Positions 1 through 13,666 of a stretch of DNA of 64,000 bases are shown piece by piece. Position 1 is the first letter of the stretch. Every line of letters starts with the position of its first letter. The notes below the pieces were generated by a model. That model was not told the origin of the DNA and made no database searches. It saw only the letters and a program-made list of their open reading frames with translations. This stretch comes from Raja brachyura (lineage: Eukaryota). Where the stretch lies: assembly GCA_963514005.1 (NCBI GenBank), contig OY740799.1:11904001-11968000 (forward strand). The letters run 5' to 3'. The position numbers and the translations under genes are program-made.

Positions 1-95
1 GATTCCGCAAAGTTTTCCAATGTCCATTATGTTTCCAGTTTTCACATGTCACTACATTGCAAAGAATGAAACTTGCAATATTTGTCATGTGACTG

Positions 96-189
96 GTACA
101 CAAAAATGCAGCAGAAACTCAGTGGGTGCAGCAGTATCTATGGAGCGAAGGAAATAGGCAACATTTCGGGCCGAACCCCTTCTTCAGAC
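96..189 (-). mobile_element. Penelope-like (PLE) terminal fragment with degenerate hammerhead core
   Basis: Minus strand reads agtCTGAAGAaggggttcggcccGAAAtgttgcc. Flanked by tgtcatgtgactg (83-95) and tgtaatgtgactg (190-202). Confidence 0.75.
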
Positions 190-1984
190 TGTAATGTGAC
201 TGTTTGTCTTAATAGCATTATTGTCTCTGAGTAAGAGAAACTGTTAAGTAGCATAATCTAGCTGAGAGTTTAATGCAGTGCTGAAGGTATGCTATATTAT
301 TGGGAGTGCCAATCTTCACTGACGCATTCAGAACTAGATGTTATAACAGATTTGATTGAGGAATCAACAAGAAAGGCCTTAAAACATTCTAGACAAGCTC
401 TTCACACAATCAATTAAGTCGTAACCAGCCCCTTGCATTATTGTTTACGATGACCTATATAAAACATTCCCATGTTTGTCTGTAAACTTATTAACTATAC
501 TTAAAAGTAATTTGCTGTACATGAATTCATTTGGAATTTTGAAAGCAAGGGATGCTATTACAATGCAATTCTCACTGGATTATAATTTAGTTTTAGTGAT
601 TTGTGGTGGAGGGAAGTCGTATCTTAAAGAAAATATTTGCAGTTGATTTTAATGCTGTTGTGTCCTGTTGCAAATAAGAAAGGCAATGTGATATTTTTAG
701 ACTGCAAGAATGCTTCTGTATTTCTCAAGGTTAAGGAAGCAGTTAATCCTTTGAGGACTGCTGTGCTGCAACTGCACCAAAATCAAATGCGTTCACATTG
801 CAGTGCTTCAAGAACATTCATCATTTTCACATTTTAATAAATTGGACCCATAATTCTGGCATCAGTTTTCTATTTCAATTAAGGAGGTATAGTGAGGGGA
901 TTGAGGTTGGTGGGTGAGGCGTTGACATTCAAAGGCAAATTGTTGCTTACAAGAGGAAAGGCAGAAAAAGATGGAGATGATTTGATGTAAAACATCAGCA
1001 TTGCAAGATGGTGGCAAGTGAATAAACTGAAACAGCCGCAGCAACCCATAGATTTCTCAAATTATTCTTGTGAGCTTTTATAAAACCCCGCAGAGGAAAA
1101 GCCCTGTCACAGACTTTGCCTGCTCCGCTGAATGTTTGATTTTCTGAACTCGTTCAGTAAACCTCCCCCTGCATTACCTTTGCCCGATATGGCAACATCA
1201 GATCACAAACCCACATGCACAGGACTGGGTGGAATATTATGCCTGTACACATGCCATAATGACAAAATAATTTCACTATTTACTAAAGAGCAGAACGGGA
1301 CAGTGATTATAAGAAATGCATAACAATATGTTTTATATAAGTAACGAAAAGAAAATTGTCTTGAGGCTTCTTTGAATCAAATATACCTTTAAAGACTTCT
1401 AGAAAATGAATGAGATTTTCAAATGACTTAAGTTTAGTCGATTTTTTTCAGCAGACATGCATAATAGCCTAGGCAACTGCATTAATCTTAAAGCACTTAA
1501 TGGAGTGCAGCTAATCGTATAGCTTTTACATTCCATTGAAATCGTAAAACTAGATTTAAATGCTTTTCTCCTTTTTCTGTGTGGGCACATACCATTTTAA
1601 GGGATGGGCTGATTTAAAAATATAGCAATTACATTTATGCATATATGTGTAGGTTATAAGTTATTGCTGAAAATATAATGAATTCCAGTATCACTGTAAT
1701 ATCTATCAGGGGGCTCCATGTTTCAAGTCCTGTCTGCAAAGTTGACAATTTCATTTTCAATAATACCTGTGGTGCCCCCAGTGGTAATCTGGACTGAAGT
1801 AAAAAAGGGAAAATTGGTAAAAAATTATTGTTTCTAATTACGAGCTCATAATCTCTCATGGAAGCTGCATTGATAAGTGTGCAGAGCGGGGTTTTTTTTG
1901 GGGGGGGGGGGGATTGTCTAGTGACTATATGGGTAAAGCTTAGAAATAGGAAGGGAATGAACACTGTGCTGAAACTGTGTTGTA

Positions 1985-2760
1985 CAGTGCCCTCCATAAT
2001 GTTTTGGACCAAGACCCATCATTTATTTATTTGACCACGATTTGAGATTTGTAATAGAAAAATCACATGTGGTTAAATTGCACATTGTCAGAATTTAATA
2101 AAGGCCATTTTTATACATTTTGGTTTCACCATGTAGAAATTACTGCAGTGTTTATACATAGTTCCCTCATTTCAGGGCACCATCATGTGTGGGACACAGC
2201 AATGTCATGTAAAGGAAAGTTGTCATGTTTAGTAGTTTGTCGCATATCCTTTGCATGCAATGACTGCTTGAAGTCTGTGATTCATGAACATCACCAGTTG
2301 CTTGGTGTCTTCTCTGGTGATGCTCTGCCAGGCCTGTATTGCAGCCATCTTTAGCTTATGCTTGTTTTGGGGGCAAATCCCCTTCAGTTTTATCCTCAGC
2401 ATATAAAAGGCAGGCTCAATTGGGTTCAGATCGGGTGATTGGCTTGGCCACTCAAGAATTAACAATTTTTTAGCTTTGAAAAACTTGTTTCTTGCTTTCA
2501 CAAAATGTTTGGGAACATTGTCTTGCTGTAGAATGAACCGCCAGCGACTGGGTTTTGAGGCATTTGTTTGAACTTGAGCAGATAGGATGTGTCTATACAC
2601 TTCAGAATTCATTATGCTACTACCATCAGCAGTTGTATCATCAATGAAGATAAGTGAGGCAGTACCTTCAGCAGCCATACAAGCCCAGGCCATAACACTC
2701 CCAACACCGTGTTTCACAGATGAGGTGGTACGCTTTGGATCTTGGGCAATACCAAGCTCA
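1985..2760 (-). mobile_element. Tc1/mariner transposon, 3' half with IR/DR-type terminal repeat
   Basis: TA followed by CAGTGCCCTCCATAATGTT at 1983-2003; an inner direct repeat of this motif near 2174-2196; transposase remnant follows on the minus strand. Confidence 0.92.
2229..2750 (-). pseudogene. Tc1 DD34E transposase, C-terminal catalytic fragment (5'-truncated)
   Basis: ORF contains SVKHGVGSVMAWACM, ILQQDNVPKH and WPSQSPDLNPIE. The N-terminal DNA-binding domain and the first catalytic Asp are absent. Confidence 0.92.
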
Positions 2761-3344
2761 AACCTGGCTGGGAAATAATATGCATTCATGATTGGAATAG
2801 AAGCAAGAAGCTCTGTTAATAGGCATTATTCTTCCTATGTATGGACAGACTTCCATTTTTGGAGAATCCAGGTAAAACAGTGGTTCATTTCCCAGCAACA
2901 TGTAATGTTTTCCAGGAGATGTTCCATGATGTTGCTGAGACAAGGAAGTAAAGATTTATTTGACTGGAGTGTTAGTTTCTTAAAATATAACCTCCTGTCA
3001 GATGCATAACTGTGGCTGATAGATAATTTTGTTTTGTCCTTGGATAGATTTGAAGGTTTCCTTCCTTTTCAGTAGGTGACCAGCAGTTCATGACTCTTCT
3101 AGGAGAATGTTGAGCATCATTGATTTAAACAATTAGATATTTAAATATCCCCGTGGAAATTTCCATGATGATTACTGATGGGAATAGTTGCAGATAAATA
3201 TTTTAAAAATTACTATCCATATGAAAATAAATTAAGGCACTGTACATAGACCACAAGATTAACATTCATTTATAATGTCTAGGTACTGCATAATTACTCA
3301 AAGTCACACTTGCCAACTCTTTCCTTCTTACTTTCCTTGTGCCT

Positions 3345-3425
3345 CCATTTTCTCTCTCTCTCTCTCGCTCCCCTCTCTCTTGCCCCCCCCTTCCCCCTCC
3401 TCTTCCCCCCCCCCCCCCTCGCCTG
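3345..3425. repeat. (CT)n / poly-C low-complexity tract
   Basis: tctctctctctctctc...cccccccttccccctcctcttcccccccccccccctc. Confidence 0.9.
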
Positions 3426-5678
3426 CCTGTGTCCTTTCCAGCACCAGTTTGGCTCAGCTCAATTGTGCCTTTGTTTATATGCCTACTTGACCCTGAATGT
3501 TCATTTCTCTGCCAGTTTGTTTGTCAGTCATCTCTTTAAATGCATCTATGGTTTCAATTGTCCTGGTTCAGTTTCATTCTGGGTGGGATTTTTTAAACTT
3601 ATAAAAAAGCAAAGTTTTGGATGCTATTATCACTGACAGGTTTTGGAAAATCATTAATATGTGTTATTCTGAGAAGGATGACACAGATACTCATATGGTG
3701 ACTGAGTTTATTTGATTTCATGTTATTGATGCCTTTTTTTCTGTTCTATTTAGTCCAGCTCATTCCATATTTTAGGATCCTAAGATCAATGTTCTATTTG
3801 TACTATTTTTGCAGAATTCATCAGGGATAGATCTAACAATATAATTATGTTCTTTATTGTACTTTAGCAATGCAGTCAGTGAAATATAGTGCAAGACACT
3901 GAATCAGAATCAGGATCTTATTCTTTAATAAAACAACCTTGTAACAGGTGTTTGAAAGTTGTGCCTGTGGATGTTGGTTGAATGAGTCAGTGGAAAGCTG
4001 ATGGTCATGATATCCTGCTTTAAAGTATTTTTAGATTTAACCAGACAACATTTGAAAAAACTGAGTATAGTTATTCTGAATTTCCACTTATTTTGGAGCT
4101 GTTTTCACACAGGATCGTGAGGATGCATTCTTCTACAATTTTCTGTCCTTGAGTTCATTTATTTTATTGCTGCCTAATGTACTGGTTGCAAAGGGAACTA
4201 ATTTTTCCATTTAGCTGATACCATATTTTAGGAGATTATGTAGGGTCTCCAAAAGTAGTATTTCAATGTTAAAAATAAAATATTGGAATTAGCAGCTTCC
4301 AATCATAAAACTCTTAATGCAGGAAAAAAATATATAAGTACTTCAGAGCCAAACCACATCAGTTAGATGACCAAAACATGATAAAATACTGTTGTACAGG
4401 AATGTATCAAAGGAAGAATTAGAAGTAGAGAGGTAGGGAAGCCTGGGATGGGTGGTATTACTGCTTGTTCCTCTTTGGTTTGGATATTGATGATTGTTGA
4501 TCATTATTATCCTGTTCCTGAAACTGGTTTCATTTTCCATCTTACATTTCTGTTTAGCTTGGAATTCAAGTCACAAGCTCAATGATGAGGGAATGCCAAC
4601 AAAGTTTTCAATGAACACATCTGTGTGGCAGCTGTAGGTTTGAACATCTTGTGTTGCCGACAAATGGGTGGCAGTAATAAACTGCATATCCCAGGTGTTC
4701 TCTCTGGGTTGTCTTAAGTTGGCTTCTGTTTTTGAAGTTGTTCCATTTGTAGCCTTTATCGAGTTTAAATCATCCTGTGCTAAGGTGGTCCGAATGAAAT
4801 CTAAATGCCCGAAATGACAGAAATTGCACATCGTTACTGAACCTGATATGCACAGAATTCACCAGGACCAAAGGATTTTGTGTCCAAAGTACTTTGACCC
4901 AAGGGAAATCTAATTTGTCAAAGAGCATTCATTTTACACAATACTTATTATAATTGTGTCATGCTGGAATGTGGTAAGGAGACTACCCAAATATGTCTTA
5001 CAATTGCTTTATTTGTAATTGTTACTTAATGGACAATTAAGATATTGATGAGCTGAATTTTCTGGTCACGTGTAAAATTAAGTGATATGTCATTTTTGTC
5101 TTTGAAATGAAAGCCAACACTTGAGACTAAATAATCTGCTCAGGCAAATCAAATTATTTCTGGAACCAGGGGTAGACTAAGAGAGGACCTCTGTTATCAC
5201 CCGGTCTCCAAAATATGTGCAGATACGAACCTAGTGTGTACGTGTGCAGAGTGTTCACTTTACTTGACCATACAAATTCTTAACACTACTGCTCTGCAGC
5301 AATGGGATAACAGAATGGATTGCTATAGTGTCTTTTCAAGTATTGCAATTACTCGAATATGTCATAATTTATGACTGCCTTCCGTTATCTCAATAAAAAG
5401 GTAATTGTATTTTGTTTTCTTGGATTTGCACTTGAGAATATATTGTTGATTTCCCAATTATTTCCATGCTGAGATGATTTGTTTGCCACACCTTTATATG
5501 ATTCTACAGGGAAGGGCTGAGTTTGAAGTCAATATGTCACTCTTAATGTCTGTCAATGTTACCAATAGACTGGTTATGAACCACAGTAAAGTTGGTCTTC
5601 AATGGTGCTGGAAATACATAGGGGAGACAATGCTGTGTGGGACTTAGGATACTACTTCTTCGCCTCTCTCCACTTCTG

Positions 5679-5774
5679 AGTCTGAAGAAGGGTTTCGGCC
5701 CGAAACGTTGCCTATTTGCTTCGCTCCATAGATGCTGCCTCACCCGCTGAGTTTCTCCAGCATTTTTGTCTAAC
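5679..5774 (+). mobile_element. PLE terminal fragment with hammerhead core
   Basis: agtCTGAAGAagggtttcggcccGAAACGTTgcctattt...ccgctgagtttctccagcatttttgtctaac. Confidence 0.8.
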
Positions 5775-6924
5775 TTCTTTCAACCACTTGTTTTTGACTT
5801 CATAATAGTTGATAGAACAGCAGCTTTTATTTCTAGATCAGAATGACATGTAAAATGATAGATATAAAGTTCAGTTGGTTGAGAGAAAGTAGTTTATTTG
5901 TGTTTTAAATGATGAAACGAAGAAAGCTGAATTAACTACATGCCAAATGCAGTTTCTATTCCCTTTTCCTTTCCACCACCAACGTCCTGCACCCTCATCT
6001 TTGAAATCAAAATCTATATAAGCCCCTTTCCTAACTTGCTGGAAAATTTGAATTGCTGAAATTAAGGAATTCTGAATCGGTGTATTTCATTTGGCAGTTT
6101 TTTTTATGCATCATAAAATTATGGAAAGAAGGAGGGGTGGAAGCGACTGAATGCGGTCATGTTGCTTTTGAACTCCACATGCACACTTCAGTTGCATAAA
6201 ACTGTTTAATTACTAGCCACAAATCCAGGGTACATAAATTTAAAATCATCTTTGTGTGCATTTAACTTGCATGTTTAAACTCACTGTTAATTGTCATCAA
6301 ATACCAAATAATTGCAACAACTAATTATTAATGAAGTTAAAGTGCAGAATGAGAACTTGGAACAATCCATCGAATATACAGCCACCTACTGATATTCTGA
6401 TTAAAATTTCAAATAATGATCTGTGTAAATATAAAAGTCATCAATTAGATATTTAAAAACTACTTATTTGAAAGAGATTAATGTGCTGGGTAGGTCTGCT
6501 AAATCACTGAGCTACAAAAATATAGCAATGATTTAAAAAAGATTATGCAAAGAAAATACTGAATAGTGATTCAAAGAGTAGACTGGTGCCAAATCGTTCA
6601 AAATGTAATGACATTTAAAAACTCTTTGATTCTGTTTCCACTATATCCATTTATTGCCATTTAATTAACTTGATATAATATGGATCACAAAGTTGATATT
6701 ATGTATTTCGACTCTTTATGAAGTGAATCCTCAGTATTAAAAGACTAGACATATTGTTCCTATTGGAGCTGACTGAATTAACTATTTAAAAAAATCTGAT
6801 TCTCAAAAATATCACAGATGATAGGAGGCGGAGGAGGTAGAGATAATGTAGCCATGTTCAAGACTTCTGTCTTGGAAAATATACAGAGCCTACTTATTAT
6901 AGCTTTTTTGTTTTTTCATGGCCG

Positions 6925-7001
6925 GGACTGTACCTGCCCAGCTTCCTCAGTTTTTTGTGTCTACCTTCGACTTTACCAGCATCTGCAGTTCTTTCTTAAA
7001 C
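6925..7001 (+). mobile_element. PLE extreme terminal fragment
   Basis: ttttttgtgtctaccttcgactttaccagcatctgcagttctttcttaaaca, the same terminus as other copies. Confidence 0.65.
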
Positions 7002-7584
7002 AGCTTCTTCCTCAGTTGTCCGTTTCCAAACATCAGCTGTTCAATGGAACATTTGCTAATAATTTCCCCTTCCACTAAATGTGTTCTAATGTTTGCGCTT
7101 TTGTGAAGGTGTTAGTAGCACTGTGACTGAGACCATTATTAATGTATTTGATGGTCAACCTGATAACATCAGCATGCAACAACTAACCTGATGCAGTTTC
7201 ACGGATAAGCTTGATAAAATAGTGTTAAGCCACAAACGCAGCAGGATCATAGGGAATCAAAGAGAAGCATTTCAGGATCAATTTAAACAAGAGACACAAG
7301 GAACACAAGGAATCTTGAGCAATACACAACTACTGGGCAATGGCAGCATCTGTGGAGGAAATCGACAGATGACTTTTCTGGTCAGGTCGCTTCTTCTGGA
7401 AGTGGGAAGCTGGGACATTTGGAGGTGAGATCTTCGACTAACATCAGCTATATATTGATAAATTGGAACAAATCTCAGATGCGGGGCACCATAGTGCTCA
7501 TGTGATAAGATTGAAAATATCAAGAAATGGGGCCAGGGTATGGTCAAGAAATTATTAAAAACAAGTAGAAAGGTATTGTGGAGG

Positions 7585-7722
7585 CTCAAGAGACTGAAGA
7601 TGCTGGAATCAAGAGCGTAAAACTTAATCTGAATGCAAGATTTCGACCTGGAAGGTCAACAACTTCTTTCCCATCAACGACGCTTGCCCCGCTGAGTTCT
7701 TCCAGTTATTTGTTTTGTGCAA
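7585..7722. mobile_element. Degenerate palindromic PLE-derived element (a related piece lies at about 7290-7400)
   Basis: gagactgaagatgctggaatc ... ctgaatgcaagatttcgacctggaaggtc...ccgctgagttcttccagttatttgttt. Confidence 0.55.
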
Positions 7723-8249
7723 CAAATATTTTAAATTTAATTTATCACTGACTGAGAAACCAATATCAATCAGGAATGATGGTCAAACCTGAGAAACAGT
7801 GATATTTAAATGCTGCCGCAACTATTTGCATTAGTCTAAACAGTAAAACTTCTCACGGTACTTAAGGAGTATTACCAAACGTTTTATGCTTGTCCACTAA
7901 AGGAGAAATGAGGAATGTTGTTCAAAAGTTTGGTAAATAGATACGTTTTAAGCAGTATCTTAAAGATCAAATGAAAGGTTGAGAAATTGAGAGAAGAAAT
8001 TCTGACATTTAAGAATTCCATGTGATGGCACAGCTGCCAGTAGTAGACCAATTGCATTTGGAAATAATCTTCAGACCAGTACTCGAAGTGAACAATTGGA
8101 TCAGCAGAGCAATTGCTGAACTGAGAAGATATACTAAATTAGGAAAGCTTGGCGCTTTTCCATGAGGTTGATCAGGATTAGAAGGAACATGTTTCCACGT
8201 GAGGACACGTTGTTATGATTAGGTGAACCAGGTTAGGAACAGCCTTGTG

Positions 8250-8413
8250 TAGGAAGGGACTGCAGATGCTGGTTTAATGCTGGAGTAACTCAGCGGGACA
8301 GGCAACATCTCTGGAGAAGTCTGAAGAAGGGTCTCGACCCAAAACGTCACCCATTTCTTCTCTCCATAGATGCTGCCTGCCCCGCTGAGTTACTCCAGCA
8401 TTTTGTGTCCCGC
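8250..8413. mobile_element. Palindromic PLE-derived element with 16-bp TSD
   Basis: taggaacagccttgtg at 8234-8249 and 8414-8429. Inverted arms atgctggagtaactcagcgggacaggcaacatct / agatgctgcctgccccgctgagttactccagcat surround a hammerhead-like core. Confidence 0.85.
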
Positions 8414-10914
8414 TAGGAACAGCCTTGTGACACATCAATCTGCATCATTTGGGATGTGAATATGTTTCCACAATGTACTCTGCCAGGCTATTGTAAATCA
8501 AAAAACTCAATCAGGATGTAAATGACCCAGTCATTCGCACCACATGGTACAACATAGCTTTATTAAAGATCACTTACAGTACTCTTCAGCATCTTGTTAT
8601 AGCTTGTGCAGCAACTATTCGACTGACAGCATGAGTTGAGTTTTGATAATATAAACCGTATAGTAGGCGGCGCTTTTACTAATAAAGCACTACAATTGGT
8701 TAGTGTGGAGTGACCAATCTACACAGGAGCATTTAGAAATCAAAATAATAAGCTTTCCCATCCATGTTGAGCTGATGTGAGCAGAAGTATTAAATCTGAT
8801 GAACATGTTTTCTTCCACCCAAAATGCAGTTACAACATGAAGTTTCTGAGTTTGATCACAAACGGAGAATGCCCAAAAAGACAAGCATAAGGTTAGAGGC
8901 TGTTATTTTCACGGTGTTAAGCTTTAAACTCAAAACTATAATTCAAATGGTACAAATTATCTACCCAAGCAAAGCGGTGGCAAATTGGAGTGCAGCGGGT
9001 GTTGAAGTGAAATGATTGGGATTTAGAATGTTGTTAGGTGAATTTCAACACTCTAAAACCAAAGCTCAAGTTTCTTCTCTTTCTCTCCTTAATTGAGGGA
9101 CACTTTGCACTGACTTGCACTGCCAGTGAGAAGCTATTGGCAGTTATCTGGTGCCAAGTGGTTAAGCCACCCCTTGTCCATCTGACCTTTTGCCCCTCGT
9201 ATGCAATTGCTGGCTGAGTTGATGAATGCTGGTATGCATGGAGTCTCAAAGGGTGGCACAAGGTGTGTTCTTTCAACCTTAATATACTTTAATCATTGCA
9301 ATATTGCTTGAATATAAACCTTGACCCGCAGTAAATAAGATACCAGAGTTGTCTCAGTGTAAACAATCTATTCTATTAAAGAGCACCACCTGTGTAGCTT
9401 CAGAAAATGAAACGGCAAGCAAATGTGTAATGTAGAAAACAATTGAACTGTGAAGCCTAACAAATCACTCCTGTCCCCAGATCTGCTTTGAAATCCTGGT
9501 CCTTTATTTTTGGAATATTAATATCATACACTTTGCTGATTATTATTTTTTTTCCTCCCCAAAGTTAACAGATTGCAGCTGTTCATCCTCCTCTGAACAG
9601 CATGTATATTACCTCGTCAGCAGTTTTCACGACTCAGACAGACGGTCTGGATTTGCCTGAAAGTACACAAACAATATTTGTATGTACATGATGAGTCCAG
9701 CTCGCTAACTCAAAATCCAATGGAAGTACAGCCAAACTTATACTGCTGGTTTATGTTTAAGGAACATATTGAGCCCCGGTTAAAGAACCCCAAAATGACC
9801 ACAACCCATACAATTAAAACTAATAGTGCGGCTACTGTTGTCTCTTTATAAGAAATATGGGTGGATTAGTGCCGTATGAGGTGTTTATTGTGCTGCTAGA
9901 TATCTTTGAGTAAAGTCACCTATAAGTATTATAGATTTTGTTGACCCTTCATTGGGCAAAATATTCGTCCAGCAATTTGCAGCTGATTGCACAAGAGATA
10001 GTTGGTTGTTTTTGCTTCAATACTTATTCGAGGATATACTTTAAGCGTTATGTCACTGAGGTACAGCTTGTGGAGAGGAATGGAAAGTGAAGTTATGTTC
10101 AAAGTCTTCATTCTTAAATAATATTGATACGGTCCCGGGGTCTACTTTGTTAACCAACTGGGTGAGATTTGGCAGTTGGTGATAATTGAAAAAGAATTAT
10201 AATTGGTGTATTAATGCTCTATTTATAAAACAGCTCTTCTGCAAAGTGCAAAATAGATAATGCATGGTCCTATACTTCTTTGAACATTGTAAAAGTGTCT
10301 TGAAGATTCTCTTGCATGAAATGCTTCTTTTTGAATATCCACGAGCTGTTGTCAGAGCCGGCGGTGAACCAGCTATAAAGTCATTCATACCATCATAATC
10401 TGTCACCTCGTTGCTTTTAAGCAGGGAACTAACCACGAATCAGTGAGGTAGCAGAAATGGCCAGGCATATCTAAAATTGAGATTTCAATGCAAGAATACT
10501 CGTAGCAAACAGGATATAGCTCCACATTCCTCCACATGTGGAAATAAATGATGGTAGGCAGTTAAACTGCTCATGGGACAAGGTTTCAGGAGCATTTCCA
10601 TTTCAGTGAAAGCAGGAGCCAACATAAGTCAAAAGCTGGCTGAAGTATTTCCAGCCATTCATTGACAGCATTGGAAACATTAATGGATATGGGGCAAGAT
10701 TGCAAACTGGTGTTGCACTGAAGACGTGCTCCTGCCAGCAACACTTTCAGAAAAAGCTATTTCAGTGAAATGACCAATCCTGAATCTACCCAAGAATATG
10801 GGTTGTCCTGCCTGCAGAGAGCAGGGCCAATCCAATCAAATTCAATACTAACCTTTAAGTCCATTCTCAATCATTAGTAAAGTTTGGGAAAGTGTTATTG
10901 ACAATGGCATCAAT

Positions 10915-11042
10915 TAGAAGGGTCTCAACCTGAAACGTCACCCATTCCTTCTCTCCAGGATTGCTGCCTGTCCCGCTGAGTTACTCCAGCATTTTGTGTC
11001 TATCTTCAGTGTAAACCAGCATCTGCAGTTCCTTCCTACACA
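10915..11042 (+). mobile_element. PLE terminal fragment
   Basis: agaagggtctcaacctgaaacgtcacccattcc...ccagcatctgcagttccttcctacaca. Confidence 0.8.
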
Positions 11043-12520
11043 GATTCTGGGGTATGGTGTGTTTAAGGTTGCAGTGTGGTTCAAGGTCCTTATGGTTGTG
11101 TCCATCTACAATTTATCAATAATGCAATGATGGCTCTAGGTTTTGCCAGACAGCTTGATTCTAAACTTCATTATTGCCTGGTTCAAGCATGAACTGATGA
11201 GCTGAATTCCCAGGGTGAGGCCATTGTAATTGTTTATAATCCTGGTAAAATATGAAGTCTTGTAGAAATGAGGGGAATTGATCCACTGGCTTCTTCTTCT
11301 TGTTTCGTGTGGCGTGCACAGCCTAAAGTTGTTGGACAACTTGTTCTATTTGATCTTCCGTTTGTGCACATCGAGTTGATTGCATTAGTCGAAACAGGGC
11401 GGACCATGTGAAGGTTGCAATCTTCCACCCCATCCACTGGCGCAATGATACCTTGTACAAAAGAAGGTTGATGTGATTCCTGGAGATTATTTATTCCCGT
11501 TTTAGCATTTTGCTGCGGTAGATCCTTGGGGCAGTCAGCAGAGCTCATTCCTCTTCAGCAGTTATATTAATGACTTTCTTCTTATTAAAAAGGTCAGTAG
11601 TGGGAACACGTTCAAATGGAAATTATAATTTCATATGTTACAGCACATAGCCTGTTTTGCTCCTGGTACCACTTGCACTGTGATAATTATTAGTCTCTGT
11701 TCTCTGGTTAGTCACCCATCATTGCCTACTCAATTCTTCTAGGAGTGTCCCACAGTTTTTGTCTCGGTTAATGTCTTTATATAATAGGAATGGGATCCAT
11801 TTTTCTGGCTTGAAAATAATATGGACTCTCAAATACATGGAAGGCCTTTGCCTAGTTCTTCTAAATCCCCCACTGTTCATATATCCCATACCACCTTTCT
11901 GTCTATTTTTCTGCAACTGCTGACCTGTTATTCAGCATGGGTGTGGTGGGAAGCATCGCTGACAGCCTTGATCATGAGTTTTGGCCAGTTTCTACGAAAA
12001 GGTGTGCTTTGAAGAGTAATAGCAACCAGAATTCTGATTTAATTCACATACCTCGCCCCACTTTGGCTCAACAAAATGAGCACAATTAGGCATTGTTGTT
12101 CCGAACACTAAGCACTGTGATTCTGAGATCTTTGCAAAGTATCACCATAACATGCACAAAACGTATTTGCTTTGTGATGCCCTCATTGACAAGAGGTACT
12201 CCAATGAAAGAAAATGTTGCGACAGTTAATACATTTTTTTGGACAAGGATGGAGAAATGAGGAATGTATCATACTGTAGAACTTTCAGATTCTTTACCCT
12301 GAGCTCTGGCATGCTTGCAGCTAGTTTTTCTCAGTAATGTGGTCCATTTTTCTTTAAGCAGCTTGCCAAATTCAGATTTATTCACAATGTATGTGGCTTC
12401 CTGTAGCATGTTAGAAGCATTCCTGAAGCATTGGCAGGAAACCCTGATATGGCTGATTTTACAAATAGCAGAGTAAGTTTTCATATATATCTGTGCGTGT
12501 GTGTGCGCCTGTGTATGTGT

Positions 12521-13664
12521 GTCAAGTCAAAGTATCCTTTATTGTCATTCAGACCTTTAGGTCTGAACGAAATTTCGTTGTCTTGCAGTCATACATATAT
12601 ATATTTTTTAAAACACATAATAAACACAAATTTAACATCCACCACAGTGAGTTCACCAGGCACCTCCTCACTGTGATGAAAGGCAAAAGTCTTAAAGTCT
12701 TTGTCTCTTCCCTCATTGTTCTCCCTCTGCGCTGAGGCGATCCAGGCCTCCGATGTTGTAAGCCGCCGGGTGATGGCAAGTAAGTCAGTCCCACAGCTGA
12801 ATCTGAGCTCCGCCAACGGGCCGGTTCAAACTCCGCGGCCCGGGGCGGCCGAAGCTGCTGCCCTCCAGTCCAGCGGACGAAGCTGTTGTTGCGGGAGCTC
12901 CGGAAAAACTGGTCACCAACCTGTGACCTGCGAGCTCCTGACGATATCGTCCACTGGGCCCGCGGCCGAGCCTCCGAAGTCAGGCCGCCACCGCCAGCAT
13001 GCCATTACGCCGCCACAGTTCCGAAGTCGGGTAGCCGGAACGCCGCCACAGCTCCTAAGTCGGGTCGCCGGAACGCCGCCACAGCTCCGAGGTTGGGTCG
13101 CCGGAACGCCGCCGCAGCTCTGAAATCGGGTCGGCGGAACGCCGCCACAGCTCTGAAGTCGGGTCTGCAGCCGGAACGCTGGAATGCCACCTCAGCTCTG
13201 GAATCGGGCCGCCGCCTGAACGCTGCCACAGCTCCGAAGTCGGGCCGCCACTGCCGTCGGAACGCCGCCACAGCTCTGAAGTTGGTTCCGCCGCTGGAAC
13301 GCCGCCACAGCTCTGAAGTCAGGCCGCCGCCGAAACGCTGCCACAGCTCCGAAGTCGGGTCCGCCGCCGGAACGCCGCCACAGCTCCGAAGTCGGGTCCG
13401 CCGTCGGAAGGCCACCACAGCCCCAAGGCTGCCAGCTCCGCCATTAGGCCTCAGCGCAGACGGAGACGTGGGAAGAATGACAAGAAAAATTCGCATCCCC
13501 CCAAAGGAAGAGACAAAAACCATGTTTCTGCACCCCGCACAACCCCCCCCCCCCCCCCCCTACACACACATACACAACCAAATAAACTAAATGTAACTAA
13601 AACAGACAAAAGAAAACAAAAAATAGGAAAAACAGACGGACTGCAGGCGAGCTGCAGCCACTAC

Positions 13665-13666
<2 letters not shown>
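12521..13666 (-). mobile_element. Non-autonomous LINE-tailed element (L2/Rex-Babar-like tail) with GC-rich interior, inserted in a (TG)n tract
   Basis: The left end caagtcaaagtatcctttattgtcattc is the reverse complement of a gaatgacaataaaggatactttgacttg tail. It shares ctcctcactgtgatg.aaggc with 36514-36535 and has TG repeats on both sides. Family assignment is tentative. Confidence 0.6.
12955..13440. repeat. GC-rich minisatellite, unit about 30-39 bp (ccggaacgccgccacagctccgaagtcgggtcg)
   Basis: About 12 imperfect tandem copies; explains the repetitive ORFs RNAATAPKSGR / AGTPPQL. Confidence 0.92.

Noticed and set aside
1768-1788. CTCF site (gtgcccccagtgg)
   Set aside because: One base short in the core relative to GYGCCCCCTRGTGG; not supportable without data.
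2229-2789. Active Tc1 transposase gene
   Set aside because: Only the C-terminal part is present; the N-terminal residues of the ORF come from unrelated flank.
3275-3636. Proline-rich ORFs here and at 29676-30112
   Set aside because: Translations of CT/poly-C low-complexity tracts.
12955-13440. CRISPR-like regular repeats
   Set aside because: Units are contiguous with no unique spacers, there are no cas genes, and the context is vertebrate.
12886-13590. 234-aa ORF (and overlapping 140- and 172-aa ORFs) with repeated RNAATAPKSGR
   Set aside because: Produced by a GC-rich minisatellite inside a repeat element; open in several frames on both strands; no domain or splice context.
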